Position numbers and translations under genes: made by a program. Under the pieces are notes generated by a model. It saw nothing but the letters and a program-made list of their open reading frames with translations. It did no database searches and was not told where the DNA came from. DNA of 61,470 nt, counting the filler, from Globobulimina sp. (taxonomy: Eukaryota), in NCBI GenBank assembly GCA_003354225.1. It is 21 parts of 21 records of this genome, joined end to end, with 100 filler letters (N's around TTAATTAATTAA, not from the genome) between each part and the next. Parts side by side here need not be neighbours in the genome. Positions count along the whole stretch, not along the records: positions 8,803 to 11,636 come from PIVH01004694.1; positions 11,737 to 14,570 come from PIVH01004695.1; positions 14,671 to 17,503 come from PIVH01004696.1; positions 17,604 to 20,436 come from PIVH01004697.1; positions 20,537 to 23,368 come from PIVH01004698.1; 16 more parts are not named here. One strand, given 5' to 3'. Of the stretch, positions 9,961 through 21,980 are shown piece after piece. How positions within the stretch are numbered: position 1 is the stretch's first letter; each line of letters opens with the position of its first letter.

Positions 9961-11412
9961 ATGGCACACTTCAGTTGCAACTCTAAGTTGTTGTTAATTG
10001 TATCGATTGGATTACTAGCAACTGTCTATCAAAGTTATGCAAACAGGAATAAACTCTACAAATTAGCAATCCAAGCTGGATTTAATTCGTTTGAATTTGG
10101 TGTTTTATGTTTTAATTACATTGACAGCAACGATGAAATAACCAACATCGAGAAATACGGTGTCAACGCACAGAATGATTCCGAATGCTCGGTAACTATG
10201 ATAATCAATGACGAAGTTTCATTTTATTCGACCTTGGCAGTGTCGGGCGGCGCCATCGGTTTCGGTGAGGCCTATTTTAAAGGATATTGGTCGGCGGACT
10301 CTGAGGATGCGCTAATATCCATTGTATATCACGTAATGTACAACAAATTGCATAAGAAATCCAATTTTGTAATGAAGAGATTTGCGTGGATGATCCAATA
10401 TATTTTCAGTGTGAAACATTTGTATTATTATATTTGCCGCCATCCATTATTTATGAACAAGAATGTTTTCGAAGACGTCAAATCCGTCCAAGCGCACTAT
10501 GACGTTGGCAACGATTTTTATGAACTATTTTTGGGTGAAAAATTGAGTGGTTATTCGTGTGCCATATTCAACGACAAAAATGACACTTTGGCGCAGGCTC
10601 AAGATAACAAATGGGATATCATCATAAAAAAAGCCAATCTTGAAAGAGAGACCAAATTAAATGTGTTGGATGTTGGCTGTGGTTGGGGCTATTTTCCATC
10701 GTATATCAACAACAAAACTGGCCACTATGTTGTGGGCATTACCATATCTTCCGAGCAGTTGCTTTTTATGAACAGAATGTACGGCAATCAATTGTCAGCG
10801 GACCAGCTCGCGTATAAATATTTGGATTATCGCGATTTGTATGCAACGTATGGAGCAAATCATTTTGACCGCGCTGTCTCTGTTGGAATGCTGGAACATG
10901 TCGGATATAATCGATTGAATGAGTATTTTGAATCGATTTGGGCTGTTTTGAAGGCAGACTCATATTTTGTGCTGCATTACATTTCGAGAATGGACATTCA
11001 TCCAAAATTCATTGAAAGGAGCAGAAGTACCGCTTGTTTGCAGACTAACTTTATAAATACTTTTATATTTCCGACGGCGTGCACCGTTCATACGAATTGG
11101 GTCTATCAGGCCGCCGACGAAACGGGTTTTGTGTTGGTCCACGAAGAGCATTACGGAAAACATTACAGCAAAACCGCACATTTGTGGCAGAAAGCGATGC
11201 AGCAAAACAAAGAGAAAATTGTGAGTAATCCCAGATATGGCGAGCAGTTCTTCAGAATGTATGAGTTTTATTTTGCATTCGGCGAAACTGCTTTGCGAAG
11301 CGGCTTAATCGAGTTGGTACAGCAGGTCTTTTATAAACCAGCCTCTGCCAAAACATATGATGTCGAATGGGACCATGATATAACTCGCAATCCTCACGCA
11401 GAAAATAAATAA
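9961..11412 (+). CDS. cfa: Cyclopropane-fatty-acyl-phospholipid synthase (CFA/CMAS) family SAM methyltransferase
   Basis: GFGEAY..G.W, AHYDVGNDFYELFL, YSCAIF, L.QAQ..K, VLDVGCGWG, GITIS.EQ, DYRD, SVGMLEHVG, FI..FIFP, HYSKT, F.RMYEFY. Confidence 0.93.
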   Translation: MAHFSCNSKLLLIVSIGLLATVYQSYANRNKLYKLAIQAGFNSFEFGVLCFNYIDSNDEITNIEKYGVNAQNDSECSVTMIINDEVSFYSTLAVSGGAIGFGEAYFKGYWSADSEDALISIVYHVMYNKLHKKSNFVMKRFAWMIQYIFSVKHLYYYICRHPLFMNKNVFEDVKSVQAHYDVGNDFYELFLGEKLSGYSCAIFNDKNDTLAQAQDNKWDIIIKKANLERETKLNVLDVGCGWGYFPSYINNKTGHYVVGITISSEQLLFMNRMYGNQLSADQLAYKYLDYRDLYATYGANHFDRAVSVGMLEHVGYNRLNEYFESIWAVLKADSYFVLHYISRMDIHPKFIERSRSTACLQTNFINTFIFPTACTVHTNWVYQAADETGFVLVHEEHYGKHYSKTAHLWQKAMQQNKEKIVSNPRYGEQFFRMYEFYFAFGETALRSGLIELVQQVFYKPASAKTYDVEWDHDITRNPHAENK

Positions 11413-11942
11413 ATAATTAACATTAATTTAATTAAATTTCAGTATTATAAATATAAATAATTCTCCTGTAAGTAAATGAAACTAGCGAGCGAAGCAAGGA
11501 GCGACTTTTTCTGTAGATTTCAATCTGAAATTCTGAATACATATTACTTGACTTACCATAGGTTCTCCGATATGTACTGAAAATTTCAGAACTGCTGCGT
11601 TCGCGGTCTTGGAATGCGCTAGTTTTAGTTTAGGATNNNNNNNNNNNNNNNNNNNNNNNNNNNNNNNNNNNNNNNNNNNNTTAATTAATTAANNNNNNNN
11701 NNNNNNNNNNNNNNNNNNNNNNNNNNNNNNNNNNNNAATCATGAATTGAAATTGAATAAAACTAATTGTGAAATATTCATTGCTGCAAATTACAAAGTGA
11801 AAAACTATCATGTTTTGCGAATATTGTGTTTCTCATAAAGTTTGTTGATGTCTATACAGTTTTTATGCAAAACATCAACAACTTTTTCCTTTTCTGTGAA
11901 AACCTTTGAAAGCAACAAAATCGATATCAATATATCGGTTAT

Positions 11943-12008
11943 CACCTCGCTTCGCTCGGCGTCGAAAAATTAAACTAGTTCTAGTTAGACTCACCTCGCT
12001 ACGCTCGG
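11943..12008 (+). repeat. Two copies of short GC-rich motif TCACCTCGCT(T/A)CGCTCGG
   Basis: Copies near 11943 and 11991. The reverse-complement core CGAGCGAAGC also occurs near 11486 in the previous contig. Confidence 0.5.
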
Positions 12009-12056
12009 TTTAGTTGAAAAAAACTAGTTTTAGTATTGAAAGCGGAGACAACTTAT

Positions 12057-12938
12057 TTAATTATTTAATTTATTTCGCTTGTGGCATGCCACAATTTTGA
12101 GAGTTATTTTTGTTATCTTTAACTTTGCCAAAGAATGATTTCTCAATAAAAATGACTGTATTTCTCTGGCCCCCAGAATGCCAAAGTCATTTGCAGTGAT
12201 ATTCAATGTTTGGAGTGAGTTATTTCTGTCAATTCCACGCCGCAAGAATTTCATTCCAATATCACAAATTTCGCAATTTTCCAATTCTAAATGTTTGATT
12301 TTATCTGAGAAGCAGAGAGCTTTTCCTATATAACCAATATTGCTCCCAATGGGATTATTTGATAATATCAATGTTTCCATATTTGTGCAGACATAGTCAT
12401 GATTGGTTCTATATGATATGGTCTCTCTTACTTCGAATGAGTCAAAATCAATATCTGTTACTAATAAATTTGATATCGCTTTTGTACCGCTTGCAATTTC
12501 GTTACCCATTAAATCCAAATATTTTAAGTTTTTGCATGCTTTCTGCAATCCATTGCATAGTAATTGCACACCTCTCGATTCTAATGAACACCATCGCAAT
12601 ATGATCTTTTTAATTCCGTCGTATATGTTGTTACTTAATACTTCTTCCCACAAATGCATTTTTTCTAAGCGACATAGTTTGGATGGAAACAGGTTATTTG
12701 TTATACATGTAATTGAATTCGAATTCGAGCCATGAGATTCATTCATTGCAAAATCTGTCACAGGATCGAATTCCCCAATGAACCGTACTGACAATCTGAT
12801 GATATCAATTGGTATGGTTTTATATATTTGGACGAAATTTAAATGTATTCTGATGTATCCACTGACAACATAATGGTACAACAATTTATTGTTTTTATCA
12901 ATTCTTTCAAACACGTTGTGTATTGAATGTTTATGCAT
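12057..12938 (-). CDS. Ribonuclease-inhibitor-like leucine-rich repeat protein
   Basis: LKYLDLMGNEI, METLILSNNPIG, IKHLELENCEI, LQTLNITANDFG. Likely ATG at 12938; N-terminal VSGYIR..IPIDII motif. Confidence 0.8.
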   Translation of the reverse strand: MHKHSIHNVFERIDKNNKLLYHYVVSGYIRIHLNFVQIYKTIPIDIIRLSVRFIGEFDPVTDFAMNESHGSNSNSITCITNNLFPSKLCRLEKMHLWEEVLSNNIYDGIKKIILRWCSLESRGVQLLCNGLQKACKNLKYLDLMGNEIASGTKAISNLLVTDIDFDSFEVRETISYRTNHDYVCTNMETLILSNNPIGSNIGYIGKALCFSDKIKHLELENCEICDIGMKFLRRGIDRNNSLQTLNITANDFGILGAREIQSFLLRNHSLAKLKITKITLKIVACHKRNKLNN

Positions 12939-13117
12939 AGAGTCACAAAAAGTCGAGATTGCAGAGTTTATAATAGAAAGAAAATAAGCAAAACTATACA
13001 AAAAGTGTTTGCAATATTCTTTCAACAAAAAAAAAACAAAACAAAGATACAAAAATATTTAATATTTCACAAACACACAACAAACAAAAATATATAATCG
13101 GTGTTTTATGAGATTAC

Positions 13118-14570
13118 TTATTTACCAGCAGCAGCCAACATTTCTTTCTCTTGTTTTACTTGTTGCGCTTTATCTCGTTTCTCTCTTTTCTTCCAAGCAG
13201 AAGCTTCATAATTTCTGAACAACGATTTAAAGGTTTCAGCTCTATCGATTTTATAATATTTATGCTGTTTATGTTTAATATGTTCAAACGCAAATAAATG
13301 AAACTGCACTTCCGCAACCACAGCTAATCCAGATTTAGCATCTCGAAACACACAGTTTACCAACATATCTCTATAACCATTATCAGTATAAAACTCCGGC
13401 AAAAATCTGTTTTTTATGCGCACAATCTCAGCAAAACCACATTTGGTTAACATCATAAATGCATCATACACATCATCCAACGTCTTACATTTGATCGAAC
13501 ACCGATTCACATCGCAAATACTCATCGAGGCCGGAAATGGCATCCCGTCCTCGACTCGATATTCCACCGCCTTCTCCATCATACGTTCATAAGTTTTGAT
13601 GGGTCCTTCCGAATATTCCATGCGTGCAGCAAACGGTTTATACAAATCCTCGATGGAAGTCTGAAACAACTTATTCACCAAATAACATCTGCCCCAAATC
13701 ATCATAGTCACCACTTTCTGGTCATAATCATTCTTAATGTGTTCCGGCACTTTTCTCCAACACTCATCCGTCTCCAATTCGACATGAATGCCGCCCTCGA
13801 AGCAATTTTGCCGATTTATGATACTTTTGTGCTTCCACTGCGCATTCTTAACATCGAATATCTTCCACTGTGGCCTGCCTTGCGTATGCGAGAATTTTGA
13901 CATCTTTGCAGTCATATTGGGATCGCGCAACTCATCAAACAACGTAAACTGTTGCTGCTTATACTTATTCTGCAAAGTCTTGGCCACTTCCTTCAATTTC
14001 TGAAAGTTTGTCTGAGTCTGACAGGGCACACAAGAGTCATAACCACCGCTATGTTGTAACGTGTTCTGTTGAGGGCAATGGTACACAATCGTATCGCCTT
14101 CGACATCTTTCGTACACACATCGCAACCTGACAACAATTACAATTTTATACTGCAGCCTGCAGCACACAAATAAAAGAAAATAGATACATACCAATGGAC
14201 GGATACTCCGCATAACAATCCTGAGCTCGAACTTGCACCATTTGCTCACCGCACACACACTCTCCGTTTGGCCGTTGGGTCCATATCTTCTCCCACGGCA
14301 ATATATATTCATTGAAGTACTCCCAGAGCTGTTTACCGCGGGTGAAATCTTGCTTTTTTGTCTTGCCTTTCCGTAACACCGTGCCGTCATTCACATTGAT
14401 CAACAATTCATGCGCGGCGTACAATAATCGATTCAATACATAGAAATTGCGCACTTCTTCATTGTTTATCATATTTTCAAACTCATATTTGGGGAAACGC
14501 TCCAATCGCGTCAACCGGTTCAAGCACGACGGAGTGATCAAATACTTTACAAAGCCAGCCACATCACTCA
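13118..14570 (-). CDS. RelA/SpoT-like nucleotidyltransferase domain protein with a Cys/His zinc finger (5' partial; intron 14128-14192)
   Basis: GPIKTYERMMEK, ICDVNRCSI, IVRIKNRF, GYRDMLVN, AEVQF match the order of RelA/SpoT synthetase motifs. Upstream CVC...C...GCDVC...YHC...H..GYDSCVPC. Confidence 0.7.
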
Positions 14571-15309
14571 NNNNNNNNNNNNNNNNNNNNNNNNNNNNNN
14601 NNNNNNNNNNNNNNTTAATTAATTAANNNNNNNNNNNNNNNNNNNNNNNNNNNNNNNNNNNNNNNNNNNNTTTGCAAGGAAAAAAGAAAATAAACAAAAC
14701 ATAAATAACTGAACACTAAATAATTTGCAAGAAACAAAACATATCAGATCCGAGGCATTCCCCTTGCTTTTTGCCATGGTGGGTACTTTTCGAACTGAAT
14801 GAAAAAAATGAGCGCTGTTCGAAAAGTTTTTCGAAAATGCAGTACTAATCGGAGAGCCCTATTTAGGGCAGCGACCGGATCGCGTCCTTGCAAAAAACTT
14901 TAAAAAACTTAGTCAATCACAAAAGAAGTGTTTAGAAGTGTGAACCTAAAAAAGTAAAACTCAAATTGAGTTAATTGACAAACTGAAGTGTGAATCAAAA
15001 AAGTGTGAACCTAGAAACGAAACTAAGCCAAACTGATTCGTATACTTTAGAATATGACCTGTTTGAAACACATTGTTTTTAAAATCCGCAAATTCGCAAG
15101 TCGTTTTGTTAGGAGATGGTGATGACCTCTCCATAGGTTTTAAAATTTTTCTAAAACGCAGTGTTTCAAACACGTCCTATTCTAAAGTATTTCACTCTCC
15201 ACATTTTCCGCAAAATATATCCGAACAGGAACATATATAATGTTAGTCAGTTGAGATTGAGGTGCCTACGTTTAGTTAAAAACAATTATCTCACTCTAAA
15301 CGTTAAATA

Positions 15310-16890
15310 ATGTCGTTGAGTTGGCTGAAATCAACACTTTCCTCATTTTCCCTTTTTCCATACATATACAGTGAGCAGTCATCAGCTGTCGATGACGTCG
15401 ATGACACGGAACAAAAAACAATTGCAATATCGATATCAGGTCCTGATGAGGCTGCAGTCAAAGGGTTGGAGAATTTAGGAAACACATGTTTTTTTAATGC
15501 AAGCGTCCAGGCATTGCTAGCATGTCCAAAATTTGTGCAATATATAACTATTTTATCTCGCGCACACAAAGAAAATACATTACACTCTTATTCCGAATAT
15601 ACGCCATATACATTAACATCTGAAGAGAATTCGAATTCGAATATAAATGATAATGGAAACAAAGTGTTTTGTGAGTTATTATTAGATTTATATTTAGGAA
15701 ATATAAGCTCGCCCAAACATTTATTTTTGCAGTTATGCGCCTTCCATCCCACCGAATTCTCCTCCTTTACCCAATCGGACGCGCATGAATCCTTTAACAA
15801 AATGATGGAAATCTTAGATATTGAACAGTTGTACATCTCTACAGAGGCACAGTCGGAGAATATTATCAATTCTATGTTTGAATTCTTATCGATCGACGAC
15901 GACAATGATTCAAATTCAAATTTAAATTCAAATTCAAATTATGACGTCGACATTATGCATGCAAAGAATCCATTTGGCGGTTTCTTGGGATCTATGGTTG
16001 AATGTACAATTTGTAAGCACTCAAATCAAAGCAAACAGACTTCATTTACATGCTTAACATTATCATTATGTGATACTAATATTTGTAATTCAGCTGCAGC
16101 CAAATTAATTGATCGAATCGCGGCATTTGAGATTGAGGAAGAAATTGAGGGATACCGATGTATTGTATGTGAATATAAAGCAATTCTAAAAATAATAAAT
16201 GCATATAATGATAATCGCAACGATGTACGTTTAGTGCTGTTTTTTGTGTAAATTTCTTGAAATTTCTGCTATTTTTTTGTAATTTATCAGGAGAAAAAAG
16301 AAATGAATGAGATTGAAATGATGGTATTGAATGAGCAATATCTCGAGATCTCAAATAATAAGAATGGACTCAATGGACTCAATGGGTATCATAATGGACT
16401 GCTATCTGGTAAACAGAGATTGAAATATCGGATTGATATGTCTTTGAATAAAGAATATCGAACGACTGCAAAGAAAAAACAATTTGTATCGAGATACCCC
16501 AATGTTTTATGTATTCATTTGAACAGATTACAATTTGGGGCAAAGGATGGACGCTATGTGTCATTTAATGCATTGTTGTCATTGGATATGGATATGGAGA
16601 ATAATATGAATAATATGAATAATATGCAATATATTTTAATGTCTGTGATCGTGCATCATGGCAATGATACCGGTGGACATTATACTACTTATAAACGGAA
16701 AATAAATTTGCTGGAACTGGAACTGCAATGGAAGTCATTGGCGGATTTCCAATCTATTGAAAGGAATAGCGAATGGTATCATATTTCGGATGAATTCGTA
16801 AATAAAGTGACAATTAATCAAGTGTTGATGTGCAAAGCGTATATGTTGTTTTATCAAAAAAATCAGTTCGAATTCTCGTTTATTCAATAA
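15310..16890 (+). CDS. Ubiquitin-specific protease (peptidase C19, USP30-like); intron 16225-16290
   Basis: Cys box GLENLGNTCFFNASVQAL, QSDAHE, P.VLCIHLNR, His box VIVHHG..GGHY, WYHISD, AYMLFY. Confidence 0.93.
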
Positions 16891-17128
16891 TTCAGTTCAA
16901 ACTTCAAATGTCGATTAAATTGTCGAAATCTTAGAATAATCTTAGCTGAATTTCTCATGCTTTTGTTTCTGACATACCCGAATCTGAACTGAGTGTCATC
17001 GATAACCTTAAAATTGATATCGTTGCTGAGACGAATGAAATTTATGGATACAAGACATACAATGGATATATAGAAAAAATCAGAGGTTAAAACAACAAAA
17101 AATAAAGGACTAACCCCCTTAAATTAAT

Positions 17129-17503
17129 TTAATTTCTCTGTATCAGAAATATTCCATGCTTAAAATTGCTTTGGTTGTTTACGTGAACTTTATCCCAAAA
17201 TGCTATAAGTTTGCAATTTTGTTCCCTTATAATATATTCAATTAGAATGGTTGGGGTATAATGCATTTGCATTACAGTTTTATTTTTCGCCATTTCAATC
17301 TGGTGATCCTCGGAATGCAATCTTTTGTTTTTTATACCGTATGGAATGTGTAAGTATGCCACACCATTTTTTGTTAACAATTGTAATAATTTTTTAATTA
17401 TAAATTGCTGCATTTCCGGAGGATTGTGTTGTATCACAATGAGGGAAAATATAAAATCAACTTTCACTCCATTTAGATCCAACGAACCCTCGTTCAATGT
17501 GGG
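17129..17503 (-). CDS. Class I SAM-dependent methyltransferase, C-terminal fragment
   Basis: VDFIFSLIVIQHNP...LLQLLTKNGVAYL matches motifs IV-VI. 5' end cut by the linker. Confidence 0.65.
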   Translation of the reverse strand, partial: PTLNEGSLDLNGVKVDFIFSLIVIQHNPPEMQQFIIKKLLQLLTKNGVAYLHIPYGIKNKRLHSEDHQIEMAKNKTVMQMHYTPTILIEYIIREQNCKLIAFWDKVHVNNQSNFKHGIFLIQRN

Positions 17504-17603
17504 NNNNNNNNNNNNNNNNNNNNNNNNNNNNNNNNNNNNNNNNNNNNTTAATTAATTAANNNNNNNNNNNNNNNNNNNNNNNNNNNNNNNNNNNNNNNNN
17601 NNN

Positions 17604-17930
17604 TATATAGAAGTACTTCTATAAAAGGTAAGAGTTACTATATAAAGTATGTACTTCTATATATAGTGGCATATTGAAGAATTTTTAATATACTTCCATA
17701 TATGAAAGTACATGCCATATGTAGAAGTACTTCTATAAAAGGTAAGGGTTACTATACATAGTATGTACTTCTATATATAGTGGTATATTGAAGAATTTTT
17801 AATGTACTTCCATATATGGAAGTACATGCTATATATAGTAGTACTTCTATAAAAGGTAAGGGTTACTATAGTATGTACTACTGTATTTAGTAGTACATTG
17901 AAGTATACTACTATATGTGGAAGTACATAC
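17604..17930. repeat. Tandem satellite, about 114-bp unit, about 3 copies
   Basis: TAG(A/T)AGTACTTCTATAAAAGGTAAG recurs at 17608, 17722 and 17836; internal GTAC/TATA subrepeats. Confidence 0.9.
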
Positions 17931-20170
17931 ATTTCGTTCAGAAATCGCTATCGATTATTTTACATTTGGGATTGCATGAAAAATAAAAAAGTACCTTCTC
18001 ACAAGTTTGACATCAGACAAGCAAGGGGTGTTCCATTCAATCATTGTCATAGTACAACATCGCATTTTGCTGCTTTCTTCTCTTTAAAGTTCCCCAAATT
18101 ATGATCCAAATCGACTTGAATACTGAAATACAATACCTACCTATATAATAGCATAATGTATAAAATATAGGATAGTTTTGGCCATGATTCTTATAGTCTT
18201 TTAACTAATAAAACGGACAACTGGTGGCCTATAAATAGTCTTAAACCCTACCACCGGTGACCGATAAATAGCCATAGCCCATAACAACCACCGGTGGTCA
18301 CTTTTAGTTATTTTAAGGCAAATTATCGGCCGCCGGTGGTTAGTTTTAGTAGTTTTTTGACCCAAAAATAACCTAAACACTACATACTATGAAATGAAAC
18401 ATACCACCGGCAGCAAATAAATTGCCTTAAATATTTAAAGACAGAAGATAGATGTCCAATTTAGGACAATTCACTATATCTATATGGAGTAATTAAAAAT
18501 TATTGGTACCTGGTCAAATATGAGAACCATCTTGATCACTTTCGCTTTCTTCTTCATCATTAAATAAAGCATCAATAAATATAAACTACACAGCTACACT
18601 ACTATACAACCTTATAAGGAACGATGTGTGACCTAGGATGCATAGTGACCAACGGCCAGTTGGCTTGGCTTGGGTTGGCAAAGGCCCAAATCTATAATTA
18701 CGGGATGCCGGGCGTCTGTTGTTGTGACCCCCAGATCGTTCAGCGTCTCTAATTGTTTTTAACTGCCTGGTCGCCTTGTGTCTGGCTGAGTGCATTTATA
18801 AGGAACTTGGTTGGTTTTCTGTCTATTTCTTTATATATCTTTATAATAAAGTCAGATCTTTATAGCAAAGAACAAATGGACATCAACAGCCTGAATTGTA
18901 AAAGAAATCTGAGAAGAAGAAATGATTACCTGACAAAGAAGACTAATAAACTAGAGAAGAAAATTCTAAACCTGGGTCTTGCTTCTTCTTCTCTAACCAG
19001 ATATTAGGTAAGTATTTGATTGTACTTGTGGAACCTTAGACCTACTCTAAACGAAATTGAACTAATTGTTTTATTTTAGTGTGATAATCGGGAACAGTCC
19101 ATGTATTTGTCTTGACATATCTTGGAACTTTTATCTGATCATGGCCATGTGACACAAAAAGATTGGTAAGTAGAAGAAGTACAATATTTAAAAGTAAATA
19201 TTTAGTTTATTGATATATTGTTTCAGTGATGCCAGCTGTCCAAACCGAATGATAGAAATTAAAAATGAATGAATTAGAAATGAAATACCGTATAAAATAT
19301 ATATGAAAATTTGAATCAAGAAATACTAAAACGTTACAGGTTAGTTGCATTGCTTTCTGTTCAGTTCACCTAGTAAAGGTTCCTCCCTTAGTTGGGCACA
19401 TAGACAGGCCATACACAAACGTTTCCATTTATATGGTAACATTTTGAAATCAATTTGAGTAATCCTTGTATTTCATTCTTTGATAATGGGATTTTATTAA
19501 TTTTTTTGGGGCGATTTAGTGTTTTTCTGACAGCCAGTCCTGGCAACTAAGCAGTTTTTACTGGTTTTTAAAACTTCCAACTTTTATTGAATATTAAGAG
19601 TCAAAAATATGTCTGGACTTTTATCGAATATTAAGAGTCGAAAATATGTCCAGACTATGTATTGCCTGGGTACTATGAAATCGAATCTGGTTTTGGGTTT
19701 GGGTAGATATTTATTTTTCTACCCAATCGGTATTGGATAGGTATTAGTAAAGAAATGTAGTAATTTTCGATAGCTTTTTATTTTTTTTCGCCAAATTTAG
19801 TGGATTTGGCCTATTTCGCGCAAAAAACATCAAATTTCGCGGGTTTTACCCAAATAGCAAATTTCGTGATAGCGAAATTTATCTAGCCCTAGGTTTTAAG
19901 GTTTTTTATGAGCATTTTTGGTCAAAAAACCATCGATTTTACATTTTAGGTTATTATTATTATTTTCTATGGGGATTATAAAAGTTTTTGCATTTTTTTA
20001 CGAAAAATGGTAGATAATTTCAAATTATCAAAAATTCGCCTTCTGAATTAATATTTTGTGACTGCAAAAATACCAGTATCCGTACCCAATTCGCATGCAA
20101 AAAGGGCAAAATCGGGTATGGGTATAACATTTTATTACCGATCAGGTATTGGGTATGGGTTAAAGATGAG

Positions 20171-20436
20171 CAGACAGGTTTCTTAAGGGACTGCAAGTTG
20201 AAACAGACAGGTTTCTTAAGGGACTGCCAGTTGAAATGCACAGGTTTCTTTTGGGACTGCAAGTAAAAACGGGTTCGGTTCATTAGGAACTGCAAGTTGA
20301 AATGGACAGGTTTCTTAAGGGTCTGCTAGTTGAAACAGACAGGTTTCTTAAGGGACTGCAAGCTGAAATGGGCATAGTTTGTTAGGGATTGCAAGTTGAA
20401 ATGGCCATGTTTCTCATGGGACTGCAAGTTGAAACC
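20171..20436. repeat. 33-bp minisatellite (ACAGGTTTCTTAAGGGACTGCAAGTTGAAACAG), about 8 degenerate copies
   Basis: Visible periodicity (20174, 20207, ...) running to the contig end. Confidence 0.92.
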
Positions 20437-20870
20437 NNNNNNNNNNNNNNNNNNNNNNNNNNNNNNNNNNNNNNNNNNNNTTAATTAATTAANNNNNNNN
20501 NNNNNNNNNNNNNNNNNNNNNNNNNNNNNNNNNNNNATGTCGGGTATTTAATGTTGACATGAAAAAAGCTTGGTGGATTTATTTTTTTTGCTCCACACTA
20601 CTGTTTCACAAGTAAGAAAACTCCACAATTCTGTTCCGCAAAAAATGTGCCCTCAATTATTTGGTTTTTTTTTGCTTGTTCTGAATTCTCATCTACTTTT
20701 ATCTCCCCTAAACCACTAAAAGTTCAAAGGATATGATGTTCGGAAAATGGGGTTTCCTTCATACAACGAAATTAGTTGTTCAAAATTCGTGTTTCTTTAA
20801 TTAAAACTAGTTTCAAAGTTGGTTCTCAAATTCTGGTGCTCCGAAAGCGTTTCTTAAATTATTCTGTCTT

Positions 20871-21004
20871 GCAGGCACATTTTTGATTTTTTGCCTCCTT
20901 TTTTATCTCAGCGTAAATTTGTCTTTTTCTTATGATATTTCGCACCAAAAAGACAAATTTGCGCTGAGATAAAAAAGGAGGCAAAAAATCAAAAATGTGC
21001 CTGC
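20871..21004. mobile_element. 134-bp near-perfect palindrome (MITE-like foldback)
   Basis: GCAGGCACATTTTTGATTTTTTGCCTCC...GTCTTTT and its reverse complement; arms about 56 bp with one mismatch. No target-site duplication recognised. Confidence 0.7.
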
Positions 21005-21700
21005 TAGTATAGTCTCTGAGATATGATTACTCACCGTCAGTCTACAGCCGATAATGACCCCTCCCACCGCTGGTATATCGCAACGCAATCTGTGCAATAC
21101 TCGCACCATTGCATTTCTTGCCAATCTCAGCCAAGACTGCCAACAATTCCTGAAACAAACTCCACTCATTATTGCTCCACAAACTTATCCATTTTTTATA
21201 CTTTTTCAAACTCGGAGTGTCCAAATCTCGCTTCTTTGGCTCTGCTGACTTTCCCAACCATTTATTACTCAAAAAGCCGCCCAATAAAGTGCCTAAAAAT
21301 TTGGACAAAAACATAAAATGGTTAGTTTATTATTCGAATTAGGAATGTGTTTATGTACCATTCTTCAAACAATACCATTCTTCAAGTGATGAGTTTTATA
21401 TCATTCTTCAAACAATAGTCAACCATTCTCTTCTCTGCTCTCCGAATGATGGAGTACGGCACATTTAGGCTATCTTTATATTCTCCACATTTTCTACGAT
21501 GTTTTGCATATTTTCTGTGTTGAAATTGCACAGTGCAATGTTTTTGATTTTGCCCTACTCTACAAAATGAAATGCAGCAAATTCAATGCATTGGTTTTCA
21601 TTCTTAGCAACGCTTTATTGATGGCACTTTCTGTCATTTCAAACGAGACTTTCTCATTTTTGCGCAGAAAAGTATATAGCGATACAATGGTTGAATAGTC
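21005..21700 (-). pseudogene. Degraded aldo-keto reductase family gene
   Basis: Fragments AINKALLRMKTNALNLLHF, GTLLGGFLSNKWLG..EP, SIAQIALRY and PAVGGVIIGCRL lie in different frames with stops, and end at the palindrome. Confidence 0.7.
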
Positions 21701-21980
21701 GAACATGTTTCAATAATTGTATGATATGTGAGACTATTGTTTCACACTAAAATGACTTTGATTAGCTCCGATATTTGGCATTCAATTTTACAGTAAAATT
21801 TCAATTTTCACTCTTCGTAGTGCGCTGGTGATGCATTTATTTGCACAAACTAAGAAAATATATTGATGCACTAACATAACACTAACACGCATATGCAATT
21901 TTATGCATCTGACAAGTGCGAAAGTTCATAAATTCAAAAAATAACCATAAAATAAATATATATATTAAAGTAATCACAAA

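Noticed and set aside
18877-19340. Short ORF followed by GTAAGT/GTTAGT intron-like segments
   Set aside because: Stops before the first donor and no recognisable protein; cannot be supported as a gene.
20171-20436. 33-bp repeats ending in GTTGAAAC, superficially CRISPR-like
   Set aside because: Units abut with no unique spacers and there are no cas genes; a minisatellite. The overlapping 91-aa ORF is a by-product.
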